A stretch of 64,000 nt of DNA, taken from IMG/VR virus record IMGVR_UViG_3300027712_000018. One strand, 5' to 3'. The DNA is from a virus. A program made the translations under genes and the position numbers. Positions within the stretch are counted from its first letter, which is position 1; the number at the start of each line of letters is the position of its first letter. The notes beneath the pieces are model-generated. The model did no database searches, was not told where the DNA came from, and saw only the letters and a list, made by a program, of their open reading frames with translations. Positions 31,063-39,468 of this stretch are shown piece by piece.

Positions 31063-32605
31063 AGAACCGTCAAAGATTAAAGATCTACTCGCAGCAGTCA
31101 ATGCTAGCAGTGGTGTCAATAAACTTGGCATCAAAGTTGATTACGCTGCTGGTTCAATGCTCGAAGGCAGTTTAAACGAGTTAAAACACTCTGCGAAGTT
31201 GCAAGTCGAATACTTAAGTCAATTGGTTGGGTTTCAAGAACAATCTCTCAAAGATGCCAGATTGAAAAGTGTTCAGGGTGACAGTACTGAGAAACTTCAA
31301 GACAAAAAGGGAATCGGGTCTGATCTGGCGAACGCTGGTAAGGCGGGTCTAGATGCTGCATTTGCTGCTGGTGGACCATTCGGCGCTTTGGTTGGTTTGA
31401 TGATAAACGGTCTTATTGGTGCAACATTGGCATACAAAGCCGTTAAACCGTCAAATGCCAGAGAAAATGCCGAACTAACGACAGAAAAGAAAGTTAAAGA
31501 AACTAGGGCGCAGGCAGAGGAAAGAGCAAGAGCTAAAGCCGAAGCTGATGCAAAAAGAGCTAAATTAGAAGAGATAAGAGAATCTCAAGCGGCCGAATTA
31601 GAAGACGCTAGAGCTCGATCAAGAGCAGCTCGTGCGGCCGCCGAAGGTCCAAGAGTTTCAGAAAGAGGTGATCCATTACGAGGTAACGCAAAAAAGCTCC
31701 AACAAGCTAGATACGACAGAGAATTGGATGTGGCAGATAGATTAGAGTCTGAAAAACTCCGCAATCTTTCAAGTACCGATATGGCTCTTGATGCAACAAA
31801 GGGTGCTGGCGCTGTTGGCGATGTTGTCGCTACAGAAAAAGGTGCGGGGGCTTTAGGTCTTGCAAAAGGCGCCAAAGGGCTTTTGAATCTGGCCGATAAG
31901 GTAGCATTACCTCTGCAAGCACTAATAACACTTTTGGATGTCACATCAGAAGAGAATAAAGATAGAAACAAATTAGGAGCAACTGTCAAAAGTTTAGCAG
32001 GGAGCTTTACTGGACTTTTGGATTTGCTAGCATATGTTCCGGGTGTAAATAAAATTCCGGGTGTTGGTGGGGCTACTGAGGCTTTAAACAGTGGATATGA
32101 TTATGTAGCTAATTCTGCCATTGGAACCGCCTACGGTGATGTTATGAACGAAGTCGGGGAGAAAACGGGGCTTACATCAGTTTATCATGGCACCGTAGTG
32201 CCATTAGGAACTGGTGTACGAGCACTTGGTTCTGCCTATATGAATCATCTGGAAGCGGGCGATATGTCTCGAACGAACCCATATGGACCAGAAAATCCTT
32301 CAATGTTGGTGGCAAAAATGATTAAAGATTATACGACAGATCCAGAAACTGGCGCTTTATTATCCCCTCAACAACTTGAAATGAAGCGTGAAATGTCTCG
32401 TCTTTCAGCACCACAATCTTCATCCACACCACCAATTGTCGTAGTCCCACCGCAATCACGACCAGACGGAGGCGGTTCTAATATTGTCAACTCACACAAC
32501 ACTCAGAACACTACGGTCATTCAGAAAAATGACGCATCAACGAGTTTGGCTATGGGGTGGACCATGCTTGGCTATGGATTTGGTTCAATACCTATGGGGC
32601 AATAA
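31055..32605 (+). CDS. putative tape-measure / hub protein (gp29-like)
   Basis: Ala/Gly-rich helical protein with a charged coiled coil, directly after gp26-gp51. Confidence 0.55.
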   Translation: MAEEPSKIKDLLAAVNASSGVNKLGIKVDYAAGSMLEGSLNELKHSAKLQVEYLSQLVGFQEQSLKDARLKSVQGDSTEKLQDKKGIGSDLANAGKAGLDAAFAAGGPFGALVGLMINGLIGATLAYKAVKPSNARENAELTTEKKVKETRAQAEERARAKAEADAKRAKLEEIRESQAAELEDARARSRAARAAAEGPRVSERGDPLRGNAKKLQQARYDRELDVADRLESEKLRNLSSTDMALDATKGAGAVGDVVATEKGAGALGLAKGAKGLLNLADKVALPLQALITLLDVTSEENKDRNKLGATVKSLAGSFTGLLDLLAYVPGVNKIPGVGGATEALNSGYDYVANSAIGTAYGDVMNEVGEKTGLTSVYHGTVVPLGTGVRALGSAYMNHLEAGDMSRTNPYGPENPSMLVAKMIKDYTTDPETGALLSPQQLEMKREMSRLSAPQSSSTPPIVVVPPQSRPDGGGSNIVNSHNTQNTTVIQKNDASTSLAMGWTMLGYGFGSIPMGQ

Positions 32606-32607
32606 TG

Positions 32608-32631
32608 TAAAAAGGGAAGCTTTCGCTTCCC
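32608..32631 (-). terminator. rho-independent terminator after gp32
   Basis: Minus strand GGGAAGC-GAAA-GCTTCCC-TTTTT between convergent genes. Confidence 0.8.
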
Positions 32632-32639
32632 CCTCTTGA

Positions 32640-33554
32640 TTAATCTTCTGCGAGTGTCTTGAAGAAACTCATATCTGGATCATCATCGTCAATGTCTGGA
32701 GATGGAGTCTCTGCCAGTTTAGGAGCTTGACGCTCTTTGAACTTAGGAGTATAATCCATCTCCTCGTCGTCCTCAGCAGCATTGCCTGTGGGTGCGTGGT
32801 TGCTGCCGTCAAGACCAAGAACCTTGTAGAACTTAGCCTTGAGTTCCTCATAAGACTTGAAGTTTTTAGGATCGACGATCTCTTTGAGGGAGTGTTCCTG
32901 CTTGTAGACCGATTCAAGGGCATCATCATCAGTCAGCAATGGACCCTTGGCCATAAAGTCTGACTTGTCGTAGTTCTGATAACCTTCATACTTGCGGATC
33001 TTAAGCTGGAAGTTTGCTCCTTCCCACAGATCAAATGGGTTAATCTTTTCTTCACCGTATTGTGGTGCCATCAAATCCTTGAGCTTCTCAAAGATCTTCT
33101 TACCATACTTATACAAGAATACCTTGCCTTCGTTCGAAGGATCGGCGGGGTCTTTTACGATGTAGATGTTTGAGTAGTAGTTCTCACGGCGCTTCTGCTT
33201 ACGTACTTGTTTACGTGCAGGCGAATCGTCATCCTTGGTGGAGTTCCAAAGCTCGGAGTTGAACTCAGAAACAGGGTCAGGAAGACCTAGAGTGGTGAGT
33301 GAGTTCTCAATGTAGTAGATGCCGTTTGGTCCTTGAAAGCCGTGATCCCAACGGCGAACCCAAGGCATATCTTCGCCTTCTGGTGGGGGAAGGAAACGAA
33401 TGACTGCATAACCGTTGCCAGCCTTATCGACTGCTGGTTTCCAATACTTTTCGGAGTCGTCGTTGTAACTTGACTTGCCCATCTTGGACAGTTGATCGTT
33501 CAGGTTCGACATAGCCGAAGAACGATTCTTTTTGAGGTCTGCGAAATTAACCAT
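32640..33554 (-). CDS. single-stranded DNA-binding protein gp32
   Basis: DKAGNGYAVIRFLP, HGFQGP, IENSLTTLG, YGKKIF, NPFDLWEGANF.LK; acidic tail. Confidence 0.97.
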   Translation of the reverse strand: MVNFADLKKNRSSAMSNLNDQLSKMGKSSYNDDSEKYWKPAVDKAGNGYAVIRFLPPPEGEDMPWVRRWDHGFQGPNGIYYIENSLTTLGLPDPVSEFNSELWNSTKDDDSPARKQVRKQKRRENYYSNIYIVKDPADPSNEGKVFLYKYGKKIFEKLKDLMAPQYGEEKINPFDLWEGANFQLKIRKYEGYQNYDKSDFMAKGPLLTDDDALESVYKQEHSLKEIVDPKNFKSYEELKAKFYKVLGLDGSNHAPTGNAAEDDEEMDYTPKFKERQAPKLAETPSPDIDDDDPDMSFFKTLAED

Positions 33555-33564
33555 AGTGTTATCC

Positions 33565-34176
33565 TTATGTTGCGGAATATTGCGATGTATTACGGAATGT
33601 GTTTACGATTGTAGTCTTTACTTTGTCTGCGTCAAATGTCAGAAACGGTCTGTACTTAACGCATTGTCTCTTTATATCAGGCCAGATGATTTTGTCAACT
33701 AGTTTTTTGTCCCAATATCGAAAAACATTTGTCACTTCGTTTATCATAATCAAGGTCTCAGGGTGAATCTGTTTTGATTGATACGCTCTGAGGATCTTTG
33801 GATGTTGACCGTCTTTTGATAACAGATTGGTATCGAAGTTTTCATCCAAATTATTTATATCCTGTTGTAAGACATACATCAATGATTGCTGAACTTTCTT
33901 CCAATCACTGTATATCTTTTCAGTCTTTTCATCGCCTAGATCACCAATCCATAGAGAAGGATTACGTACCATGTTGGCTAGGATATAGTCTTTTGCATCT
34001 GATCGCTTTGCAAGCTTGTAGAAGAAGAACTTGTCCTTCCTGTTCTCGAATGCGAGAGATGATACGTTTACCTTACCGTTATACTTGAAGAAGTCATAAT
34101 CGGTGTTGAAGTGCCGTTTTAGGGCAAGGTAGTATACGTACAGTTCGAAGGCGTCTTTTGTTGAGTAGATGCTCAT
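33565..34176 (-). CDS. helicase loader gp59
   Basis: YLALK.HF..DYDFFKYNGK, RKDK.FF.KL, I.PETL; synteny with gp32 and gp33. Confidence 0.9.
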   Translation of the reverse strand: MSIYSTKDAFELYVYYLALKRHFNTDYDFFKYNGKVNVSSLAFENRKDKFFFYKLAKRSDAKDYILANMVRNPSLWIGDLGDEKTEKIYSDWKKVQQSLMYVLQQDINNLDENFDTNLLSKDGQHPKILRAYQSKQIHPETLIMINEVTNVFRYWDKKLVDKIIWPDIKRQCVKYRPFLTFDADKVKTTIVNTFRNTSQYSAT

Positions 34177-34403
34177 ACTGGTAATTTTGATGTCTTTTCT
34201 GCCATAAGGTTTAAAGTCTCGGCTTGTTCTCGAACCTTCGACTTAAGAACGACTGAACGTCTAATGATTTCTCCAATCAATTCAATTTCGACATTATGTA
34301 TTTCAGAATAATGAACCAAGGCATCAATAAGTGTAACATCCTTATTGACATAATTCTCAACTTCTTTTAGAATGACTTCTGCTGTTAATTGCATATTACT
34401 CAT
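34173..34403 (-). CDS. late-promoter transcription co-activator gp33
   Basis: IDALVHY.E...EIE...LKSKV..QA..LNL; synteny. Confidence 0.8.
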   Translation of the reverse strand: MSNMQLTAEVILKEVENYVNKDVTLIDALVHYSEIHNVEIELIGEIIRRSVVLKSKVREQAETLNLMAEKTSKLPV

Positions 34404-34599
34404 TCAGAGTTTTAATGCCGAGTGCCCAGTTTTCAGCAGCGTCTTCTACATAATGAAGTGATTTACCCTCGAAGCTTTCGGTCTTGAACAGATCACCATT
34501 TGCATTGTGGAAATGAATTGAGTATCCACTATCTTCTTTGACTACTTCGGCTCTTGCTCTAGAGTTGTTGTTCTCATAGAATGTTGATATTAGTTGCAT
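34396..34599 (-). CDS. conserved hypothetical protein
   Basis: C-terminal KSLHYVEDAAENWALG; RBS GGGGA. Confidence 0.65.
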   Translation of the reverse strand: MQLISTFYENNNSRARAEVVKEDSGYSIHFHNANGDLFKTESFEGKSLHYVEDAAENWALGIKTLNE

Positions 34600-34624
34600 G
34601 GTTTCCCCTTATAATGTACAGTTT

Positions 34625-34646
34625 GGGGAGTGCCGAAACACTCCCC
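34625..34646 (-). terminator. stem-loop after the outer-membrane protein gene
   Basis: 8-bp stem GGGGAGTG/CACTCCCC with a UUCG-containing loop; no strong U-tract. Confidence 0.5.
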
Positions 34647-34653
34647 TTATTGA

Positions 34654-35019
34654 TTAGAACTTAAGTTCAGCGCCGATAATAGCACCATCAAAGTTAAAGT
34701 CAGCATCTGAAGTAGACTTGACGTATGTCACAAGATCCAACTTTCCTGTTGGGTAGTATTCGACGCCTACAGTGGCTCCAGCGAAGACGATATCCTGTAG
34801 ATCAACATCAGTGTTAACATACACTGAGAGACCTTCTGCGGGGACGTAACGCAGTTCGGGAGTGGCTGTGGTAGTCCATAGTTCGACGCTGGTGTCGTAC
34901 TCCACGACGATATCGTTATTAAACTGAACACCAGTTTTACCTAGATCAACTGCGAATGCAGAGCCAGCGGCAAGTACAAGTGCGGTTACGGTCATAAGAA
35001 AAGTTTTCATCATTGTCAT
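34654..35019 (-). CDS. small secreted outer-membrane beta-barrel / porin-like protein
   Basis: Sec signal peptide ending AFA; alternating amphipathic strands; terminal ...GAELKF (C-terminal Phe). Confidence 0.65.
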   Translation of the reverse strand: MTMMKTFLMTVTALVLAAGSAFAVDLGKTGVQFNNDIVVEYDTSVELWTTTATPELRYVPAEGLSVYVNTDVDLQDIVFAGATVGVEYYPTGKLDLVTYVKSTSDADFNFDGAIIGAELKF

Positions 35020-35034
35020 CCTATATTGTTTGTG

Positions 35035-35339
35035 TTGGTGATGGGATTCTGTTTCAAGGTTCCCATCGGACCCATGTAGATTAGGCCGCTAGGGCGTAAG
35101 CTACAGGTGCGAAATTTTCATTTGCATTTGTAATTTTCTTCGCATTAACCCAGCTTAGATCGGGGTAGCTCCATCCTGCCTAGTTCGCCTGTCGATCCTG
35201 TTTTACCCCCAGCAAAGATACACCACATGCGACTTCCATATTGGCTGCAACCCTGTTAACAAGGCCGAGTGTATCCGTGGTGGAGGTAACGGGTACTGCC
35301 CCCGTGTCCAGAACGTGTTCAGTGAATATCATCACTACA
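35035..35339 (-). ncRNA. ssrA: two-piece (circularly permuted) tmRNA; outer boundaries approximate
   Basis: T-arm and UACCUCC-A-CCA ending at 35278 precede the 5' end GGGGGUA at 35210; 7-bp acceptor stem with G3.U70; tag ORF 35125-35081 ANENFAPVAYALAA*. Confidence 0.95.
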
Positions 35340-35343
35340 AGGT

Positions 35344-35374
35344 TATTTATAACATAGGAAATAACATCTGTCAA
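35344..35374 (-). promoter_or_regulatory. composite promoter of tmRNA: TTGACA-N17-TATAAA overlapping late TATAAATA
   Basis: TTGACA at 35374-35369 and TATAAATA at 35351-35344. Confidence 0.8.
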
Positions 35375-35377
35375 GCG

Positions 35378-35563
35378 TTATCCACGATCATATCGTCTAA
35401 TCTTCTCTTCATGTGTCATATGTCGTTTAACATACTCTTCAGGAACCTTACCGATACCTACGACACGATCCCATTCACGTTGGGTGTACGTAGCTTGATC
35501 CCAAGGTAATTGGGTATAAGTAGATTCGACGGTAATAGTGTCATTTTCGTCTTTTTTATCCAT
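35378..35563 (-). CDS. hypothetical protein
   Basis: 61-aa ORF overlapping the end of the hydrolase gene. Confidence 0.55.
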   Translation of the reverse strand: MDKKDENDTITVESTYTQLPWDQATYTQREWDRVVGIGKVPEEYVKRHMTHEEKIRRYDRG

Positions 35564-36161
35564 TCGGTTCGTCCTTATAGAAGATGTGGTTGTCTATACG
35601 TGAAGTACGAGAGTAATCAACATTCCACTTAGGATCTACCTTTGTTGAGTGAAACATGATAGACCCATCAGTCGGATCCTCATATTTATTATAATTCAAC
35701 ATCACAGATTCGGCAATATGTAAAGCTTCGAACCAAGCTTTGGTGTCTTTAGGTTTATCCGACTTACCGTCATTAGTCCAAGAGAACTGATCTTTCTCCC
35801 AAACCACATCACAGATCGTCTTTGGATAGTGAGTCGAATGTGTTCGATTTAGCGTGACCCAAGCCACAGCTGTTTGTCCTAGTTTGGATTCCCCTCTAGA
35901 CTCAAAGTAAATATTGAGAGCTAAACATTTCTTCTGTTTAATATCTACAGCAGGAGGCGGTGGTATTGTTATAGTAGGTGTGACTACTAGTGGGAATTTT
36001 AATGACATATTAGTCATAGCAGTCGTATCGACAATAGTATATTTAATCTCATCTGTAATGGGTTGATCATATGGTGCCTGTTTGGCACTTACACTTATCA
36101 TTACCATACTAGTTATTATGGCAGTGGAAAGTATAGTACCTAATGAGGTTATGATTCTCAT
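35556..36161 (-). CDS. cell wall hydrolase (SleB / Hydrolase_2 family) with N-terminal hydrophobic segment
   Basis: CLALNIYFESRGES..GQ.AVA.VT.NR, TICDVV..QFSW, DPT.G...FH, HIFY. Confidence 0.9.
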   Translation of the reverse strand: MRIITSLGTILSTAIITSMVMISVSAKQAPYDQPITDEIKYTIVDTTAMTNMSLKFPLVVTPTITIPPPPAVDIKQKKCLALNIYFESRGESKLGQTAVAWVTLNRTHSTHYPKTICDVVWEKDQFSWTNDGKSDKPKDTKAWFEALHIAESVMLNYNKYEDPTDGSIMFHSTKVDPKWNVDYSRTSRIDNHIFYKDEPNG

Positions 36162-36193
36162 TAGATCTAATCCTTATATTGTTGCTATAGCTC

Positions 36194-36221
36194 ATTATAC
36201 ACACTCCTGAAGAGTTGTCAA
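36194..36221 (-). promoter_or_regulatory. sigma70-like promoter of the hydrolase gene
   Basis: TTGACA-N16-TATAAT. Confidence 0.7.
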
Positions 36222-36261
36222 CGAATAAATACTTATATGCAAAAAAGGTAGGATTGCTCAA

Positions 36262-36558
36262 ATGTCAGAAAAAAGCAGCCTTGATTATGATGGAGATGGC
36301 AAGATTTCAGAAGATGATATTAAAACAAAACAAGATCTGATAGAGATCGACAATCAAGACAAAAAAGAAGACCAGCAACGCCGTATGGCATGGCTGGCTA
36401 TGGGGTCTATGGTTATCTTCACTGCCATGCTATTCGTACCCTTGGTTAGTGTCGAACGACTACAGGCGATAGACAATATCTTGGGCATGTTTTACATTGC
36501 CCAAGCTGGTGTTGTTGCTACCTTCTTTGGAAGTCAGGCCTACCTGAGTAAGTCTTAG
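36262..36558 (+). CDS. two-TM membrane protein with EF-hand-like loop (holin-like)
   Basis: DYDGDGKISEDD; QRRMAW.AM transmembrane helix; second transmembrane helix; AATAAATA late-like box upstream. Confidence 0.6.
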   Translation: MSEKSSLDYDGDGKISEDDIKTKQDLIEIDNQDKKEDQQRRMAWLAMGSMVIFTAMLFVPLVSVERLQAIDNILGMFYIAQAGVVATFFGSQAYLSKS

Positions 36559-37505
36559 GCGGCTTCGGCCATTTCCAAAGCCAGTTCCAGAGCGTCAGTC
36601 TTCAACTTGCGGTTCAGACCGTACCAAGACGACTGCAAGCGAGTGTCAGACGAGCGGCCAAGTTCGTGGTCAGTCATGAAGGTCACAGCGTTGAACGCCG
36701 ACCACCAAGAACCTTCGGCGAATTCTGCACCGGGTTGTTCAACCAGTACTTCCATCGCACGATTGGCGGTGCGAGACAGCTCGCCTTTGTTCTTGTTCGA
36801 CATACCCAACAGAGAACCAAAGTACTCTTTCAGAGTGTCTTCAGTGGTGCGCTTCGAACCAAGGAAGGAAGCCATCTCTTTGTACTCAGCCATCTTGAAG
36901 TGGGCCACGCCCATCATCTCCTTGACCGCATCCGCATCAAACTGACGGCGGTGGTTCAACTTCACGGCGTTGGTCGCCGTTTGGTTCAACGACAGGGTCA
37001 GAGTGTTGTTGCAGACCACACGAATCGGCGTGAAGCGGATGTCAATGGTCTTACCGTACTGGTGGGGGTTGGAGAACAACATGTAGCTGTCAACCTTGTC
37101 ACCGTTGAAGAGTTCGAACGAGTCATCAACCTTGGCCAGAGCCCAGATGATTTCGCCGTTCTTCAACGAACCAGCGGTGTGCATCTTCATCTTACCCACG
37201 TCAGTGAAGTCTTTGAAGAACTCGAAGGCTTCCTCGTTCTGGACAGGGTGCCAGCCTTTGCCGACCTGAGTCAGAACACGACCGTCAGTTTCACGGATCA
37301 GAGCCTTCATGCCAGTCGGAACCTTACGACCGTTGAACTCTGCGAAGGTATCGACCTCTTGCACCTTCCAATCAACACCCGCAGCCTTCATCATCTCAGC
37401 GGGGGCCAGATCATCGGCGACTTGAACGCCGAGACCGTGCCAAGGGGTTTCACCGACGAACGCCATCTGAGCAACGCCGTTTACGAATTCAAGTTCATGA
37501 GCCAT
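36555..37505 (-). CDS. DUF932 / phage-plasmid TIGR03299 family protein
   Basis: PWHGLG, PVQNEEAF.F, TAGSL..G, TPIRVVCNNTL, W.AFNAVT...DH. Confidence 0.9.
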   Translation of the reverse strand: MAHELEFVNGVAQMAFVGETPWHGLGVQVADDLAPAEMMKAAGVDWKVQEVDTFAEFNGRKVPTGMKALIRETDGRVLTQVGKGWHPVQNEEAFEFFKDFTDVGKMKMHTAGSLKNGEIIWALAKVDDSFELFNGDKVDSYMLFSNPHQYGKTIDIRFTPIRVVCNNTLTLSLNQTATNAVKLNHRRQFDADAVKEMMGVAHFKMAEYKEMASFLGSKRTTEDTLKEYFGSLLGMSNKNKGELSRTANRAMEVLVEQPGAEFAEGSWWSAFNAVTFMTDHELGRSSDTRLQSSWYGLNRKLKTDALELALEMAEAA

Positions 37506-37572
37506 TTTGTAGTCCTCTTTCTGTGTGTGTTTTGTTCGTTACTATTACAATATAGTCGATTCTGACGGAATG

Positions 37573-37755
37573 TCAACACTTATTTTGAAAAAATTTCACA
37601 ATCTTGAAGTCCAGATCGGTCAACTTTTTCACATAGGGAAGGCCTTGGTGACACAACAGGTCACCGACACGAGCGAACTCGTTAGCGATCTTGTCGTTGG
37701 GATAGGTCTGTGCGACAGTCATCATACGGTCGCCGAGGGTCTGAAGTTTGTTCAC
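37573..37755 (-). CDS. hypothetical protein
   Basis: 60 aa; AAGGAG RBS; own promoter cassette. Confidence 0.6.
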   Translation of the reverse strand: MNKLQTLGDRMMTVAQTYPNDKIANEFARVGDLLCHQGLPYVKKLTDLDFKIVKFFQNKC

Positions 37756-37822
37756 GATAGCTCCTTTTCGCTTCCTACATACTCAATATAGTCATTTTCA
37801 AAAGAATGTCAAGCCATTCGAC

Positions 37823-37848
37823 AAAAAAAGATCGCCCGAAGGCGATTA
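37823..37848 (-). terminator. rho-independent terminator (UUCG loop)
   Basis: ATCGCC-TTCG-GGCGAT-CTTTTTTT on minus. Confidence 0.8.
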
Positions 37849-37849
37849 T

Positions 37850-38086
37850 TTAGTAGATATATTTGTCTCGAAAGGTCGCTTTCGGAAAGATCCGCTTCAG
37901 CGCCGTGACGATGTGTGCATCAGTCACCGTTCGATCACCGTAGGCGTTTTCAAGGCATCCCGCTCGCCGTGCAGCTGCCCACGCATCTGCTCCTAGTCGA
38001 ATGTCCTCGACGGTCAGAGATTTCTCTTTGAGATAAGCTTCGACCATACCAGACCAACGCTTCACAGTCTCAGAATTGAACTTCAT
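37850..38086 (-). CDS. hypothetical protein
   Basis: 78 aa; translationally coupled to its upstream neighbour. Confidence 0.65.
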   Translation of the reverse strand: MKFNSETVKRWSGMVEAYLKEKSLTVEDIRLGADAWAAARRAGCLENAYGDRTVTDAHIVTALKRIFPKATFRDKYIY

Positions 38087-38265
38087 TTGAAGCCTCCAAT
38101 GGGAGAGTAAGTTGCAACGATCTTACCCGTGTTTATTTCGACGATGTTACACTCGAAGCCGCAGGCCACAGCCTTCGCTTTCGCAGCCGCAAGGTCAGTG
38201 AACTTCTTGCCGAGAGAGTAGCCGAAGTTGTAGAAGTGAATGTCGAGCATCTTATAACCCCTCAA
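38083..38265 (-). CDS. hypothetical protein
   Basis: Short coupled ORF in the early cluster. Confidence 0.55.
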   Translation of the reverse strand: MRGYKMLDIHFYNFGYSLGKKFTDLAAAKAKAVACGFECNIVEINTGKIVATYSPIGGFK

Positions 38266-38470
38266 AGTAACGGATGTCAGCTTCGGTAGTGTGCGGATCT
38301 TCCGCCTGAATTCGACGAACGAGTTCGTCCCACAACGAGTCAGCTTTACGCAGGATCATGTCGGCGAGACTGTAGGCTTCGTTGGCGAACGCCGTCTCGC
38401 TGTTCTTGCGGAGCAACGGAATGGCGGTGCGGATCTGGTCAAGTGTCAGGTCTTCGTAGGACATCATCAT
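38252..38470 (-). CDS. hypothetical protein
   Basis: GAGGAG RBS within the promoter cassette. Confidence 0.65.
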   Translation of the reverse strand: MMMSYEDLTLDQIRTAIPLLRKNSETAFANEAYSLADMILRKADSLWDELVRRIQAEDPHTTEADIRYFEGL

Positions 38471-38540
38471 CTCCTCTGTCTACACTACTAATATAGTCAT
38501 TTTGAAAAGAATGTCAAGCCCCTTCGCCAACTTTTTTCGA

Positions 38541-38891
38541 TTATTCTGCCATGGCGTAGGCGATGGAGATTTTCATCTCCATCAGATCCTCGATTTGTTT
38601 GAACCCGAAACTGTCCACGATGAACGTGCCTTCGGGGCTGACGAAGATGTCGCCGACAGAGGCACTATAACCATTATCCATCTTGCGAAGTGTTACGCCG
38701 AGATACCCGTTACCCATGTTGGCAACATCAAATGCAATCTCAAGATTGTCGGTATCGACCTCGAACTGTGGTGTGTAGAAGTTTACGAACTCAGTCTGCC
38801 ACTTGTCGGCGCCGAGCATCATCGCATACTTCGCCTCTTTCTGTTCTTCAGAAGCGAAGTACGTCCAGCGGTTTTGATAGATCGTGATCAT
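38541..38891 (-). CDS. hypothetical protein (YodL-like S.SVGDI motif)
   Basis: LE.AF...N and SASVGDIFV...VDSFGF. Confidence 0.55.
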   Translation of the reverse strand: MITIYQNRWTYFASEEQKEAKYAMMLGADKWQTEFVNFYTPQFEVDTDNLEIAFDVANMGNGYLGVTLRKMDNGYSASVGDIFVSPEGTFIVDSFGFKQIEDLMEMKISIAYAMAE

Positions 38892-38902
38892 GTTATATCT
38901 CC

Positions 38903-39055
38903 TTACAGATCAACCATAGTCCAAACACGGTCAGCCAGTTGTGCATCTTCTTTTAACATGATCCACAACGCTTTCGGGATCACTTGGAGCCCTTTCGAAG
39001 CATTTGTTTTCGCATAGTCGTTATAGGTCGGGTGTTCCCAAGCAGCCATCATCAT
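38903..39055 (-). CDS. hypothetical protein (50 aa; not in the ORF track)
   Basis: Manual translation MMMAAWEHPTYNDYAKTNASKGLQVIPKALW...; GAGGAG RBS after a promoter cassette. Confidence 0.6.
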   Translation of the reverse strand: MMMAAWEHPTYNDYAKTNASKGLQVIPKALWIMLKEDAQLADRVWTMVDL

Positions 39056-39098
39056 CTCCTCTGTCTACACTACTAATATAGTCATTCTGGCGAGAATG

Positions 39099-39419
39099 TC
39101 AAGCCTCTACTTCATTTTTATTTTGAACTTTTTCGATTCGAACCAACTTGTGTTCTGTCTCGCAGATGTTGTCAAAATCCTCTTCGTCGATGACGTACTG
39201 GCTGTGTTCGACTACGTAACTGATACGGCGATCAATCTCTTCTGAAGCCCAACCCCAAGCCTCCCATTCCGTATCGAAGTATTTGATGGTCGGATTCGAA
39301 TCAGTGTAGTAGGTTGGGTAAGTCACTTTGTACATTCTGTACTCCTTTTGTATCCATCCCAGATGGCTCGACGATAACCGGGGCTCAGTTGATACCACTG
39401 CTCTTGTGTCATATCGCAA
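39099..39419 (-). CDS. hypothetical protein (true start probably MYKVTY)
   Basis: AAGGAG RBS before the internal ATG; stop codon lies inside the next -35 box. Confidence 0.55.
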   Translation of the reverse strand: MRYDTRAVVSTEPRLSSSHLGWIQKEYRMYKVTYPTYYTDSNPTIKYFDTEWEAWGWASEEIDRRISYVVEHSQYVIDEEDFDNICETEHKLVRIEKVQNKNEVEA

Positions 39420-39468
39420 TCAGGCGGTGGTTCAGTTGGTGTTGGCGGGGCTTTGTAGGTCCAAAAAC

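Noticed and set aside
35278-35312. tRNA gene (T-arm plus CCA)
   Set aside because: No anticodon arm or matching upstream acceptor strand; the pairing strand lies downstream, so it is the acceptor piece of a permuted tmRNA.
35180-35509. ORF-track 64-aa ORFs at 35180-35374 and 35315-35509
   Set aside because: They overlap the tmRNA and its promoter and have no recognisable features.
36666-37565. 299-aa plus-strand ORF
   Set aside because: Antisense shadow of the DUF932 gene, explained by its biased codon usage.
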